NCBI GenBank assembly: GCA_019058315.1
Contig: JAHPZH010000005.1
Span: 96,001-160,000 of the forward strand
Length of the DNA stretch: 64,000 nt
Source: Candidatus Helarchaeota archaeon
GTDB lineage: Archaea > Asgardarchaeota > Lokiarchaeia > Helarchaeales > RDOG01
Direction: 5' to 3'
The translations under genes were made by a program, and so were the position numbers. Below, one piece after another: positions 7,296 to 16,981 of this stretch; the stretch's first letter is position 1; each line of letters opens with the position of its first letter. The notes below the pieces were generated by a model. That model was not told where the DNA came from. It did not search any database and saw only the letters and a program-made list of their open reading frames with translations.

Positions 7296-8714
7296 TTGGA
7301 AATAGATTTTAACCCACTTTTTTATCCAAAATCTGTGGCAGTTTATGGAGCCAAAGAAAATAGGGCGGGATATATCACGCCTTTTCAAGAATTCAATTAT
7401 CAAGGTAAATTATTTCTCATCTCTGATAAAGAAGATGAAGTCTTTGGGATTAAATGTTATAGATCCATTTTTGATTTTCCTGATCCAGTCGATTTCGTGA
7501 TAATTGCAATTCGACGCGAATATGTATTACAGGCTATTAAAGATTGTAAAAAAAAGGGAGTAAAATTTGTCCATATCTTTACTGCAGGTTTCAGCGAAAA
7601 AGATAGTGAAGGAAAGGAAATTGAAGATAAAATATTAGAAGTTATTAATAAGGAGCCTAGAGGACCTCGAATAGTTGGACCTAACTGTATGGGATTATAT
7701 TCTCCGGAGGGAAGGTTGTCATTCGGTCCGAGCTTTTCGAGAGAAAGTGGTCCTGTAGGTGTTATAAGCCAGTCAGGAGCATTAGCATATAGATTTGTGT
7801 TTGATGGAATGTATCGAGGATTTAGATTCTCAAAATTAATCTCGTTAGGTAATAGTATTGATTTAACGATGTTAGATTTTCTAAAATATTTGAATCAAGA
7901 TCCAAAGACAAAAGTTATTTGTATTTATTCAGAGGGACTCTCTTCAAATCAAGGAAAGGATTTATTGAAAATTTTAAGGGAAGTTAAAAAACCAGTCGTT
8001 ATACTAAAAGGAGGTTTGTCAGAAGTCGGTAAAAGAGCTGCGATGTCCCATACAGGTTCTATAGCTTCGGATCAAAATGTTTGGAATTCAATTTTCAAAC
8101 AAACATCTGCAATTTCCGTCGAAAGTCTGACTGAACTTGCAGATCTTGCTCTTGCATTTTCTTATACAGATTTTCTTCCAAAAACTAAAAGAACTGCGAT
8201 CATGTCTTTTTCTGGTGGAATTTCAGTTGTCGGAGGAGATTTATGTACTAAAATTGGATTAGAAATTCCTCAATTCACAAGTCAAATTCGAGAAGAAATG
8301 AGAAAATATTTTCCTCCATGGGTTGAACCCCAGAATCCTTTAGATCTTCCTTCTATTTTTCGAAAACCACGAATGTTAGATATATATAGAAGTTTAGCAG
8401 AATCGGATTTTATAGATTCTGTCATCATTCAAGCACCTGGAAGGCTTGCGGACCCTTATTGGGATAAATTGAGACAGAGAAATCCAATTACTGTTCTAAA
8501 ATACTTAACAGAAGGTGGTGAAATTCTAAGAGAGCATAAAAAATTATATTTTATCTCATGTCCACCTTCTTATTTTTATCAAAAAAGAGAAATGATAAAA
8601 GAGAATTTCCTATCCCGTCGTTTTCCAGTATTTTTTTCGGTCCTTGACGCCGGTAGAGCGATATTAAAAATGAATGAATATTATTTAAAACAAGAAAAAT
8701 TAAGTCAATTATAA
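7296..8714 (+). CDS. ADP-forming acyl-CoA synthetase alpha subunit (CoA-binding, AcdA-like)
   Basis: LFYPKSVAVYGA, TAGFSE, GPNCMG, SQSG, SLGN, catalytic SHTGS, NPLDL. Confidence 0.9.
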   Translation: MEIDFNPLFYPKSVAVYGAKENRAGYITPFQEFNYQGKLFLISDKEDEVFGIKCYRSIFDFPDPVDFVIIAIRREYVLQAIKDCKKKGVKFVHIFTAGFSEKDSEGKEIEDKILEVINKEPRGPRIVGPNCMGLYSPEGRLSFGPSFSRESGPVGVISQSGALAYRFVFDGMYRGFRFSKLISLGNSIDLTMLDFLKYLNQDPKTKVICIYSEGLSSNQGKDLLKILREVKKPVVILKGGLSEVGKRAAMSHTGSIASDQNVWNSIFKQTSAISVESLTELADLALAFSYTDFLPKTKRTAIMSFSGGISVVGGDLCTKIGLEIPQFTSQIREEMRKYFPPWVEPQNPLDLPSIFRKPRMLDIYRSLAESDFIDSVIIQAPGRLADPYWDKLRQRNPITVLKYLTEGGEILREHKKLYFISCPPSYFYQKREMIKENFLSRRFPVFFSVLDAGRAILKMNEYYLKQEKLSQL

Positions 8715-8716
8715 AA

Positions 8717-9304
8717 TTAAGAGATTAATAATAATCCAAAGTATTTCAGTTCGTCTAGATTTTTTTCAGTTATAGTTTCAAGATTAAGACCAACTTTTTT
8801 CACTGTCGAAAATACATCAATCCCAACTGCTTCCATAGAGGGTCTAGCTTTATTTCTATGTCTACAAAATGTCCGTGCGACTAAAGGATCGATATCATCA
8901 TCCAATTCTTGCTTAATACATTTTTTACACAACAAACAACTTCCTGTAGAAAAAGCAAAAGCTTTAGGATAATTTAATTGAAATGCTTTCTTTTCTAATT
9001 TAACCATGGTTTTTTGCATTTTTTTATGATTTTGCATTAAAGGACCTGAAACTTCGCCTTTAAAGCCGATAAGAAGTGCGTGTGTATAATCTTTGATAAA
9101 TTTTTTTGTTTCCTCTATACTTGGGACAAAGGGAGGACAACATAAGGTATTTCCATAGACTTCGCACCCAAACATACATTTCCAACGTGGCCATCCATCA
9201 ACTACTACTTTTTCAGCCGGAATATATTTGGTGAATTCTCGAGATGCTCCCCACTTAACAGCAGAATCAGTTAGAATTTGAATAAGTTCATTAATTTCAT
9301 CCAT
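8717..9304 (-). CDS. DUF2284-type predicted metal-binding protein
   Basis: RWKCMFGCEVYGNTLCCPP, GSCLLCKKC, CRH...ARPSMEAVGIDV. Confidence 0.85.
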   Translation of the reverse strand: MDEINELIQILTDSAVKWGASREFTKYIPAEKVVVDGWPRWKCMFGCEVYGNTLCCPPFVPSIEETKKFIKDYTHALLIGFKGEVSGPLMQNHKKMQKTMVKLEKKAFQLNYPKAFAFSTGSCLLCKKCIKQELDDDIDPLVARTFCRHRNKARPSMEAVGIDVFSTVKKVGLNLETITEKNLDELKYFGLLLIS

Positions 9305-9408
9305 TTTAATTACCAGAAAATTGAATTCTTTGAAACTATTAGATGAATCTATTTTAGAGATATAAGTTTGATTAAAAAGTAAAGACTATTTTTCTTATTT
9401 GATTTTTA

Positions 9409-10209
9409 TTATTTCTTTTTACTATTTACATGGTTTAGGAATGCTTTAACAACCATATGGAACTTGGGATCAGGCACAACGGAGAGATGGTCTCTGCCTT
9501 GTATCTGAAAATGACAGGCACCTGGAATTAGATTTGATATCAATGTTTTATTTTGAATTAAGATATCATTAGAACCCACTACGGTCATTACAGGTACTTT
9601 AATTTTTTTGAGAGCTTTTTTCATTTTTGAACGAGTCGTAAACTCTTCTTCTGCTTCTTGAAAATTACCCTCCATTACCGCGGCCAAAGCCTTTAGATCG
9701 CTACCTGTAGACTCCGCAAATGTTCGAAATTGACGAGCTACTGCATCATTTATTTCGTCTAGACTTTCTGCCCTTAATGCATCTACCATAACCCTAAACA
9801 TTGAATTAATTTGTTTTGTAGTTTTAGAGGGTAATGTTAGTCCATATCCGCCTAAAATAGCACAATTAAAACGTTGTAGCTCTCGGACTAATAAACCTAA
9901 AGTGATTCGAGCACCCATAGAATAACCAAAGAAGTTTGCTTTTTTAATAGATAAATGATCCATAAGTTTGGTGACATCTTCCAACATTTTTATACCATAT
10001 TGAGCTGGGTCTGTTGGTTTATCGCTTTTTCCATGACCTCGACAATCAATTAAAATTAGTCTATTCTCATTCTTTAGAACCTTTATCCAATTTGTTGCTC
10101 TCCAATTAAAGTCGATATTAGCTGCAAATCCATGAATCATAATTAGATCTGGACCTGATCCTTCAATTTCATAGTAAATCTTAACTCCCTCATTATCAAA
10201 AAATGGCAT
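9409..10209 (-). CDS. Alpha/beta hydrolase
   Basis: HGF oxyanion motif, DCRGHGKS, nucleophile GYSMG, GSND, GRDH. Confidence 0.92.
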   Translation of the reverse strand: MPFFDNEGVKIYYEIEGSGPDLIMIHGFAANIDFNWRATNWIKVLKNENRLILIDCRGHGKSDKPTDPAQYGIKMLEDVTKLMDHLSIKKANFFGYSMGARITLGLLVRELQRFNCAILGGYGLTLPSKTTKQINSMFRVMVDALRAESLDEINDAVARQFRTFAESTGSDLKALAAVMEGNFQEAEEEFTTRSKMKKALKKIKVPVMTVVGSNDILIQNKTLISNLIPGACHFQIQGRDHLSVVPDPKFHMVVKAFLNHVNSKKK

Positions 10210-10260
10210 TATTATCCTTCTCCAATTTTTTTATGACTAAATAATTAAAGTATTATTAAT

Positions 10261-11508
10261 TTATTCAAAGAACTTTTCTTCGGTATATTCTGCTCCAACT
10301 GCATCTTTTTCTACATCTCGAGCTTCGATTTCAGGTATTTGTTGAAGTTCTTTATAATATTCATGTTGAATTAATAGATTCATTATTTCATTAGTCCCAG
10401 TCCATATTGTTGTAAGTCTAGCATCTCTCAAAAGTCTTTCTATTGGATAAACGTTCGTATAACCAATTCCTCCTAATATTTGCATAGCATGATTTATTAT
10501 TTGCCAATTCGCATCAGTGGAAAACTTTTTTGATTGACTTACCATTCGACGAATAACACCAGAATTCATCCCATCATTAGCATCGATATGCCTAGCAGTT
10601 GAGTAAACTAAACATCTTGCAGCATCAAGTAAGGTTATACAGTCGGCTATTTTAAATGAAACTCCTTGATACTTCATGATTGGGCTTCCAAATGCTTTTC
10701 GACGGGTGCTATATCTCGCAGCAATCTCTAATGCAGCTCTTCCAGAACCAATAGCACCACCTGCGCTGGTCATTCTTTCTGGGATCATCATTTGATTAAA
10801 AATTAATCCACCCATATTTAATTTACCTATTAGATTTTCTTCTGGAACTTCAACATCTTTGAAAAATAGTCTACCAGTTCCACCACCACGAGACCCCATG
10901 AGCCCATAGACATGTTTTACTTCAACTCCAAAATCTCTTTCAATAAGGAGCACACTTATTGATTGGTGTGGATCAGAAGTTTTTGGGGCCGTTTTAACAT
11001 AAACTAGAAAAACATCGGCACCTTCTGAACCAACCACGAATCTTTTCTGTCCATTTACAATAAAATATCCATTCTTTTTTTCTGCTAAACAGGTAGCACC
11101 AAAAAAATCTGAGCCGCCCCTAGGTTCAGTTAGAGCTTCAGCACAAAACATTTTTCCCTTTAGAATAGGCTCGAGATATTTCGTTTTTTGTTCCTCATTG
11201 CCAAATCTATTAATTGCCTCCCCGATTATACTGACAAGTGAATATAAACATGCTAATGAGCAACCTAAAACTCCTATTTCCTCTAAAGCTGCGATCTCTG
11301 CGACCCAGTTGAGCCCTTGCCCTCCATACTTTTTCGGAAATCTAACGCCTAATAATCCTTCTTTGGCAAGTCCCTGCACATATTCCTTTGGATATTGAAT
11401 TTCTTCTTTATCCATTTTTCGTAATAAATCATGAGGTACATTTCTTACATATTCTCTCGTTCTATATTTTATATTTTTTTGTTCCTTGTCTAAAAAAATG
11501 TCATACAT
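10261..11508 (-). CDS. Acyl-CoA dehydrogenase
   Basis: ALTEPRGGSD, NGQKRF, RKAFG, QILGGIGY, RDAR...GTNEI. Confidence 0.95.
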   Translation of the reverse strand: MYDIFLDKEQKNIKYRTREYVRNVPHDLLRKMDKEEIQYPKEYVQGLAKEGLLGVRFPKKYGGQGLNWVAEIAALEEIGVLGCSLACLYSLVSIIGEAINRFGNEEQKTKYLEPILKGKMFCAEALTEPRGGSDFFGATCLAEKKNGYFIVNGQKRFVVGSEGADVFLVYVKTAPKTSDPHQSISVLLIERDFGVEVKHVYGLMGSRGGGTGRLFFKDVEVPEENLIGKLNMGGLIFNQMMIPERMTSAGGAIGSGRAALEIAARYSTRRKAFGSPIMKYQGVSFKIADCITLLDAARCLVYSTARHIDANDGMNSGVIRRMVSQSKKFSTDANWQIINHAMQILGGIGYTNVYPIERLLRDARLTTIWTGTNEIMNLLIQHEYYKELQQIPEIEARDVEKDAVGAEYTEEKFFE

Positions 11509-11690
11509 GATTATTTAGCTCCATCTATTCTTTTTAAGATTTTTTTTCTATTTGGTTTTTTCATAGATACTTTAGACTTTTATCTTTAAATATTGGTAGT
11601 TTCTATTGTCTTTTATTATTTTAAATATAAGGTTTAGAGATTTTTTAATATTTGATGAACATAACTTAGTTTTCATAAATCTATGGTTGA

Positions 11691-13109
11691 ATGCTTATGG
11701 ACTCAAAACATTCTGAAAAAGTACCACTTAAACAAAAGTTAGGTTATTCATTTGGTGCAATCCCTGGCGGATTACTCGCGTTTGTGTTTACTATATATTA
11801 TGTTGAATTTTTTTACAATGATTTAAAACTATTACCTATTTATTTTATCGTAGGACAGATTATATATGCAATTGTTAATGCATTTAATGATCCTCTCCTT
11901 GGTCAACTCTCAGATCGTACAGATCGCAAGAAATGGGGAGGAAGAAGAATTCCTTATATAAAATATGGAGCACCTATCTGGGTACTAACATATATTATGA
12001 CTTGGTTCCCCTGGAGCTTTGATAATCAAATCATAATTTTTCTTCATTTTGTTGTGAGTATTTGTGCATACGATACTATGCTAACCCTAGTAATTTTATG
12101 CTGGATGGCGTTAGTTCCGGAAATGACATCAGATATAGACGAACGTAATAAAATTAATTTTCTAACCTTATTAGTCGGTTTTTTTGGTATACTACCATTC
12201 TTTATTATCATGCCTGGTGCAAAAGCAGCGGGTTTGGGACCTTTTCAATTTGTAAATATCATAATTGGAATAATTTCTTTGATATGTTATTTTATTGTCG
12301 CAGCAACTAACAAAGAGAAACCTGAATTTCAGAAAGATGAAGTTTTTCCTCTTATAAAATCAGCAAAAGAAACTGTTAAATTAAAATCATTTTTACTATT
12401 TATTGGTTATAATTTTTGTGGAGTTTTAAAAGGATCTATTAGTTTAAGTTATATTTTCGTTTTTGCTTATATTCTAGGTGGGGAACCATCTGATGCTATA
12501 ATTTTGTTTTTACTAGTCTATTTACCTGTTTCTTATGTTTCATATATATTTTGTATGAGTTTAAATTCAAGATCAAATTGGAGTATGCGGAAAATTATCT
12601 TAATTTTTGGGTCATTACAAGTTATAGGAAATATTGTTATATTTCTGCTTATAATTAATCCACAAACCGAATCATTAGTCTGGTTTGGGCTTGTTTGGAC
12701 GACTTTCTTTGGGGGTTATGGTATATTTACAACATCTATAATGAGTCTCTCAATGGATGAGGATGAAGTCAATCAAGGAACTCGTAGAGAAGGTATGTTC
12801 TTAGGAATGAATGCTTTATTTACAAAACCCGCAAATAGTATAGGGCCTATATTTGCCACATTTATTCTTGAAGCATCTGGGTATTTAAAAGGTTTGTTAT
12901 TGATGAGTCGTTCTCTTTTTCAGTTACCAGAAGCATTGTTTGGAATAAAAATACTATTTTTAATAATTCCTGCAATTTTTTCACTAATTAGTTTTATTTT
13001 TATGTATTTTTACCCACTGCATGGTGAGACATTAAAAGAACTACAGTCAAAATTAGAAGAACTTCATAAGAAAAAAAGAGAAAAATTAGTATCGAATTCA
13101 GAAAAATAA
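11691..13109 (+). CDS. MFS transporter, GPH/MelB-like glycoside symporter
   Basis: NAFNDPLLGQLSDRT...GRRIPY, D(EDE)...RREG; about 12 hydrophobic segments. Confidence 0.9.
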   Translation: MLMDSKHSEKVPLKQKLGYSFGAIPGGLLAFVFTIYYVEFFYNDLKLLPIYFIVGQIIYAIVNAFNDPLLGQLSDRTDRKKWGGRRIPYIKYGAPIWVLTYIMTWFPWSFDNQIIIFLHFVVSICAYDTMLTLVILCWMALVPEMTSDIDERNKINFLTLLVGFFGILPFFIIMPGAKAAGLGPFQFVNIIIGIISLICYFIVAATNKEKPEFQKDEVFPLIKSAKETVKLKSFLLFIGYNFCGVLKGSISLSYIFVFAYILGGEPSDAIILFLLVYLPVSYVSYIFCMSLNSRSNWSMRKIILIFGSLQVIGNIVIFLLIINPQTESLVWFGLVWTTFFGGYGIFTTSIMSLSMDEDEVNQGTRREGMFLGMNALFTKPANSIGPIFATFILEASGYLKGLLLMSRSLFQLPEALFGIKILFLIIPAIFSLISFIFMYFYPLHGETLKELQSKLEELHKKKREKLVSNSEK

Positions 13110-13139
13110 AAAATTCTTGTTAAGAAGTTAAACAATAAA

Positions 13140-13781
13140 ATGAATCTAATTACAGAAAATTATTTGGAACAAATTAAGCGTTGGCCTAAAACTGGGCATC
13201 ATATATTGGCGCAATATAATGATAAATCTGTTGTTGTATACCAAGCTTATAGCACTTCTATAGGTCATTTTGCTGCAACTCATGGATATTTCGGTGGAGA
13301 ATTCAAATTAAATCGGATGTCTTGGATTAAAACAAATTTCCTTTGGATGATGTATCGCAGTGGGTGGGCCACGAAAATTGGGCAAGAGGTCATTCTAGCA
13401 ATTAAAATTAAACGTAATGCATTTGATTCCATACTATCACAAGCCATCCATTCAACTTTTATCCCAGAAATTTATGAAAGTAGAGAGAAATGGAAGGAAT
13501 TAGTTAAAAATTCAAATGTAAGACTACAATGGGATCCTGATCATGACCCTTCAGGTAAAAAATGTGAAAGACGAGCAATTCAACTAGGTCTTCGTCGAGA
13601 TGTATTAAAGAAATACGCAAAAGAATGGATTATTGAAATCGAAGATATAACTGGTTTTGTAACTGAACAGAAACAAAGTATTCAAAACGATAATTTTTCC
13701 AAATTAATAACGCCACAAGAAAAAGTATATCCAATTACTAATCTAAAAATTATTAAAAAGTTTGGATTATCTAAAATCTAA
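13140..13781 (+). CDS. DUF4291 family protein
   Basis: VYQAY, RMSWIKTNFLWMMYRSGWATK, VRLQWDPDHDP, RRAIQLGL. Confidence 0.88.
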   Translation: MNLITENYLEQIKRWPKTGHHILAQYNDKSVVVYQAYSTSIGHFAATHGYFGGEFKLNRMSWIKTNFLWMMYRSGWATKIGQEVILAIKIKRNAFDSILSQAIHSTFIPEIYESREKWKELVKNSNVRLQWDPDHDPSGKKCERRAIQLGLRRDVLKKYAKEWIIEIEDITGFVTEQKQSIQNDNFSKLITPQEKVYPITNLKIIKKFGLSKI

Positions 13782-14916
13782 TCATTTTTATTTTTAATCC
13801 ACAAAAAATACAAAAAGAAGAATCACTAGGTATTGATTTCTTACATTTAGGACATTCTATTGATGAACTTTCTTTAATATATTCATCTTTTTCTAAATAT
13901 TTTTGATATTCCCAGAGGTCTAATTCTTTATTACAATTCTTACAAATTGCTTTTACTTTCAACCATTCAAAAAATTCAGCCTTATGATAATTTGCATTAC
14001 AAAAGGGACAATAAACGATTTGTTCTGCACTTATGGTTCTATTGCAAATTAAACATTTTGGAATGTTATTTAAACAAGATTTACATATTTTAGCACTTCT
14101 TGGATTTGCATTTCCGCAAGATGAACATATCAGGGGCTTGGATGGAATTTCAAACTCTTCGCTTAGATGAACTTTTTCATGTATTTTTTCATTGGATAAA
14201 TTAAATTCATTGGTTGGCGGTTTAGGGGTATTAGGGGCGTGGGTATGGTGAGAGAGTCTCTCTATAGAAATACTTGGAGGTTTAGGAATAGGTGACCTCC
14301 AATCTCTATAACTTGTATCTATCCCGCTATCAATTCTATAATTTCTTAACCTTCTAGCTGGAGGGTTTCTTTCTATGATGTATTGTATATGTTTCATCAT
14401 TTTTGGTTTGTAATATCCAATTATATTTATAATCATCCCTATTATTGCTACTACGATATTAGTTCCTATACCACCTACTCGATTGGCAGTCATTCTTTGA
14501 AATTCTTCAATAAAAATAATTAATGCTCCTAGGAATGGAGGTAAACCCATTTCAAAATTTAATTCTATATCTAATGAAAGAATTATGTATGCAACCGTAA
14601 AAATAGTCAGTCTTATTTGTGAAATAATATAGTCTAATTTAATAAACAAACTAGGGATTATAATAATTTGTGCAATTATTCCTATAATTATTCCAGTATA
14701 TATCAATTTATTATTATCTAATTTACTCCCAAAATATACTAAAGCAAATTCAATAAGAAGACCACTAATATTAAATATGCCTACATATCTATATTCAGGA
14801 GTTTTTCCCACAACTGTGATGAACACAGTTATTGCTGCGTTTATTATTGTAGTAATGATGAAAATAATCCCAATAAAATATCCAATTCCAGAACCTTCTT
14901 CATTATTTAATGTCAA
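13771..14916 (-). CDS. Multi-TM protein with zinc ribbon + RING-like finger + zinc ribbon (putative membrane E3 ligase)
   Basis: About 6 N-terminal TM helices, Pro-rich linker, CSSC..CKSC, CLIC-x9-CPFC-x4-H..EWLK..CKNC, CPKC..CIFC. Confidence 0.8.
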   Translation of the reverse strand: MTLNNEEGSGIGYFIGIIFIITTIINAAITVFITVVGKTPEYRYVGIFNISGLLIEFALVYFGSKLDNNKLIYTGIIIGIIAQIIIIPSLFIKLDYIISQIRLTIFTVAYIILSLDIELNFEMGLPPFLGALIIFIEEFQRMTANRVGGIGTNIVVAIIGMIINIIGYYKPKMMKHIQYIIERNPPARRLRNYRIDSGIDTSYRDWRSPIPKPPSISIERLSHHTHAPNTPKPPTNEFNLSNEKIHEKVHLSEEFEIPSKPLICSSCGNANPRSAKICKSCLNNIPKCLICNRTISAEQIVYCPFCNANYHKAEFFEWLKVKAICKNCNKELDLWEYQKYLEKDEYIKESSSIECPKCKKSIPSDSSFCIFCGLKIKMIRF

Positions 14917-15800
14917 GACATTTTAACCCCACAAAAAATACAATAAACTGAATCCCTAGGAATGTGTTTTTTGCAGTTTAAGCACATTTTTGGTGATAAT
15001 TTTTCAATTTTACGATCAATTTTATCGGTAATTTCTTCTAACTTCTCTTGAAGATCTAAATATTTTTGAAATTCCCACATATCAATTTCTTTCTTACAAA
15101 TTGGACAGCTTGCATTTACCTTTAACCATTCCAATATCTCAATTTTATGAAATGGAACACTACAATAAGGACAAAAAACCGATTCAATCAATGGAATAAG
15201 TTTTTTACAAATAACACACTCACCAAATTCAGTTGAACAATATCCACACTGCTTTGAATTTAATGGAATTGTATGGTGACAGATAGGACAGATATTGGCT
15301 TCATAGAGGGCTGATCTTTTTTCATATATTTCAGATATATTATTTAATAAATTGAATATATCATTTGCAAGATCTTCTAAATCTTTTTTTAATTCAGATC
15401 TATAAATTAATGGAATTAATAAAAGAATACATATAAAAGGTATAAGGATAATAAAAAATACAATTTGAGAATGTAATGAAGTATAAATTGATAATGTAGC
15501 TAAAAAAGCTATAGATATAGAAATTAAAATATACAACATTACTAGTACTGTTCTCTTATATCTAATTGTAATATTGGTCCCTATATTCTCTGCAAATGTT
15601 ACTATACCTTTATAAGGAATAGTTTTATCTGGACTATTAAAAAATTTCTTTTTAAATTCAATAGAAGATTCAGTTATTTTAGTTATTGATGCAGAATTGT
15701 CTTTTAAAAAAGCGATAATTTCTTTTTTACATTTATCTTTAGATAATTTTATTGTTGCAGAATGCAAAATGATACCATCTGATGATAATTCCAATAACAT
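14913..15800 (-). CDS. Two-TM protein with zinc ribbon + RING-like finger + zinc ribbon
   Basis: CVIC..CPYC..HKIEILEWLK..CPIC; paralogous C-terminus to both neighbours; 4-nt overlap with the downstream gene. Confidence 0.8.
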   Translation of the reverse strand: MLLELSSDGIILHSATIKLSKDKCKKEIIAFLKDNSASITKITESSIEFKKKFFNSPDKTIPYKGIVTFAENIGTNITIRYKRTVLVMLYILISISIAFLATLSIYTSLHSQIVFFIILIPFICILLLIPLIYRSELKKDLEDLANDIFNLLNNISEIYEKRSALYEANICPICHHTIPLNSKQCGYCSTEFGECVICKKLIPLIESVFCPYCSVPFHKIEILEWLKVNASCPICKKEIDMWEFQKYLDLQEKLEEITDKIDRKIEKLSPKMCLNCKKHIPRDSVYCIFCGVKMS

Positions 15801-16006
15801 ATAAATAAAACTGACATTTCCCTACAAATTATCTTTTAATTCATAGTTTATAAAAATTAATTTTATTGCAAAGAAAATAAAAATATTATTTTTTTATCTC
15901 AATACAATTCTTTTTAACAAAAAAATTTGAGTATATCAGTTGTTTCTGCCGATTTTTAAACTTTTTTGAATTAATATTAAAATATCAAATTACATTGCCT
16001 TTTTTA

Positions 16007-16861
16007 TTATTTGTCGTAAATTATTCTAATCCCACAAAATATACAATAAATTGAATCCTTAGGAATCTGTTTATTACAGCTCGTACATATTTTAAAAGAT
16101 AATTTCTCGATTTTATGATCACTTTTATTGGTAACCTGTTCTAACATCTCTTGTTGTTCTAAATATTTTTGAAATTCCCACATATCTATTTCTTTCTTAC
16201 AATTGGGACATTGAGCCTTAGTTTTTAACCACTCAAGAAACTCGATTTTATGAAAACAAGCATTACAAAAGGGACAAAATACTGCCTCAACCAAAGCCAT
16301 TTTTTTCTTACATATTATGCATTTTTGAAATTCAGTAGAGCAATTTTTGCATTTTTTTGCAATTAATGAATTTTCAATACCACAGATGGGACATTGAATT
16401 GTTTGAGGACCTTTTAAATAGTTTTCATCAAAAAGTCTAAATTGTAATAAATGATTAATAATAACATCTGCAATTTTTGATTCTATATTCATATATGCTA
16501 CGATTACAATAATTGGAATTACAATTCCAAAAAAAATCGGAACTAACCCTAATAGTATATTCGAAATTATAAGAAATATCCCAAGACCTAATAAAAATAT
16601 TGAAAAAAGAGATGAAAGTAAAAGGAGGACGAAGTTGTCAATTTTAATATATATTTTTGTTTGAACATCTCCTTCAAAGGTTACTTTTCCTTTATATACA
16701 ACCTGATCTTGTGTTGTTACTGAATCAATTAGTCCAATTTTTTCAAATTCTATTTCAGTTTCAGTTAAATTATGTATTGAAAAATCAGCAGAATTTTTGA
16801 AAAATTGGATGATTTCATTTCTGGATATATTCATAGGTAAATCGATTAATTCAGATTTCAA
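16007..16861 (-). CDS. Two-TM protein with zinc ribbon + RING-like finger + zinc ribbon
   Basis: CIIC..CPFC..HKIEFLEWLK..CPNC, DMWEFQKYL shared with 14913-15800. Confidence 0.8.
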   Translation of the reverse strand: MKSELIDLPMNISRNEIIQFFKNSADFSIHNLTETEIEFEKIGLIDSVTTQDQVVYKGKVTFEGDVQTKIYIKIDNFVLLLLSSLFSIFLLGLGIFLIISNILLGLVPIFFGIVIPIIVIVAYMNIESKIADVIINHLLQFRLFDENYLKGPQTIQCPICGIENSLIAKKCKNCSTEFQKCIICKKKMALVEAVFCPFCNACFHKIEFLEWLKTKAQCPNCKKEIDMWEFQKYLEQQEMLEQVTNKSDHKIEKLSFKICTSCNKQIPKDSIYCIFCGIRIIYDK

Positions 16862-16981
16862 ATTAAATTTCCAGCGGATTAAATTTTAAATAATGAAACA
16901 ATTTGATTTTCCCTATTCAAACAACAATAATTATTAATTTAAATAGATTTGTATTAATGCATTTAAAAAATAAAAAGAAAT

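Noticed and set aside
14913-16861. Diversity-generating retroelement TR/VR pair among the similar RING-gene 3' regions
   Set aside because: Both copies are coding paralogs, differences are not restricted to adenines as far as I can see, and no reverse transcriptase is in the window.
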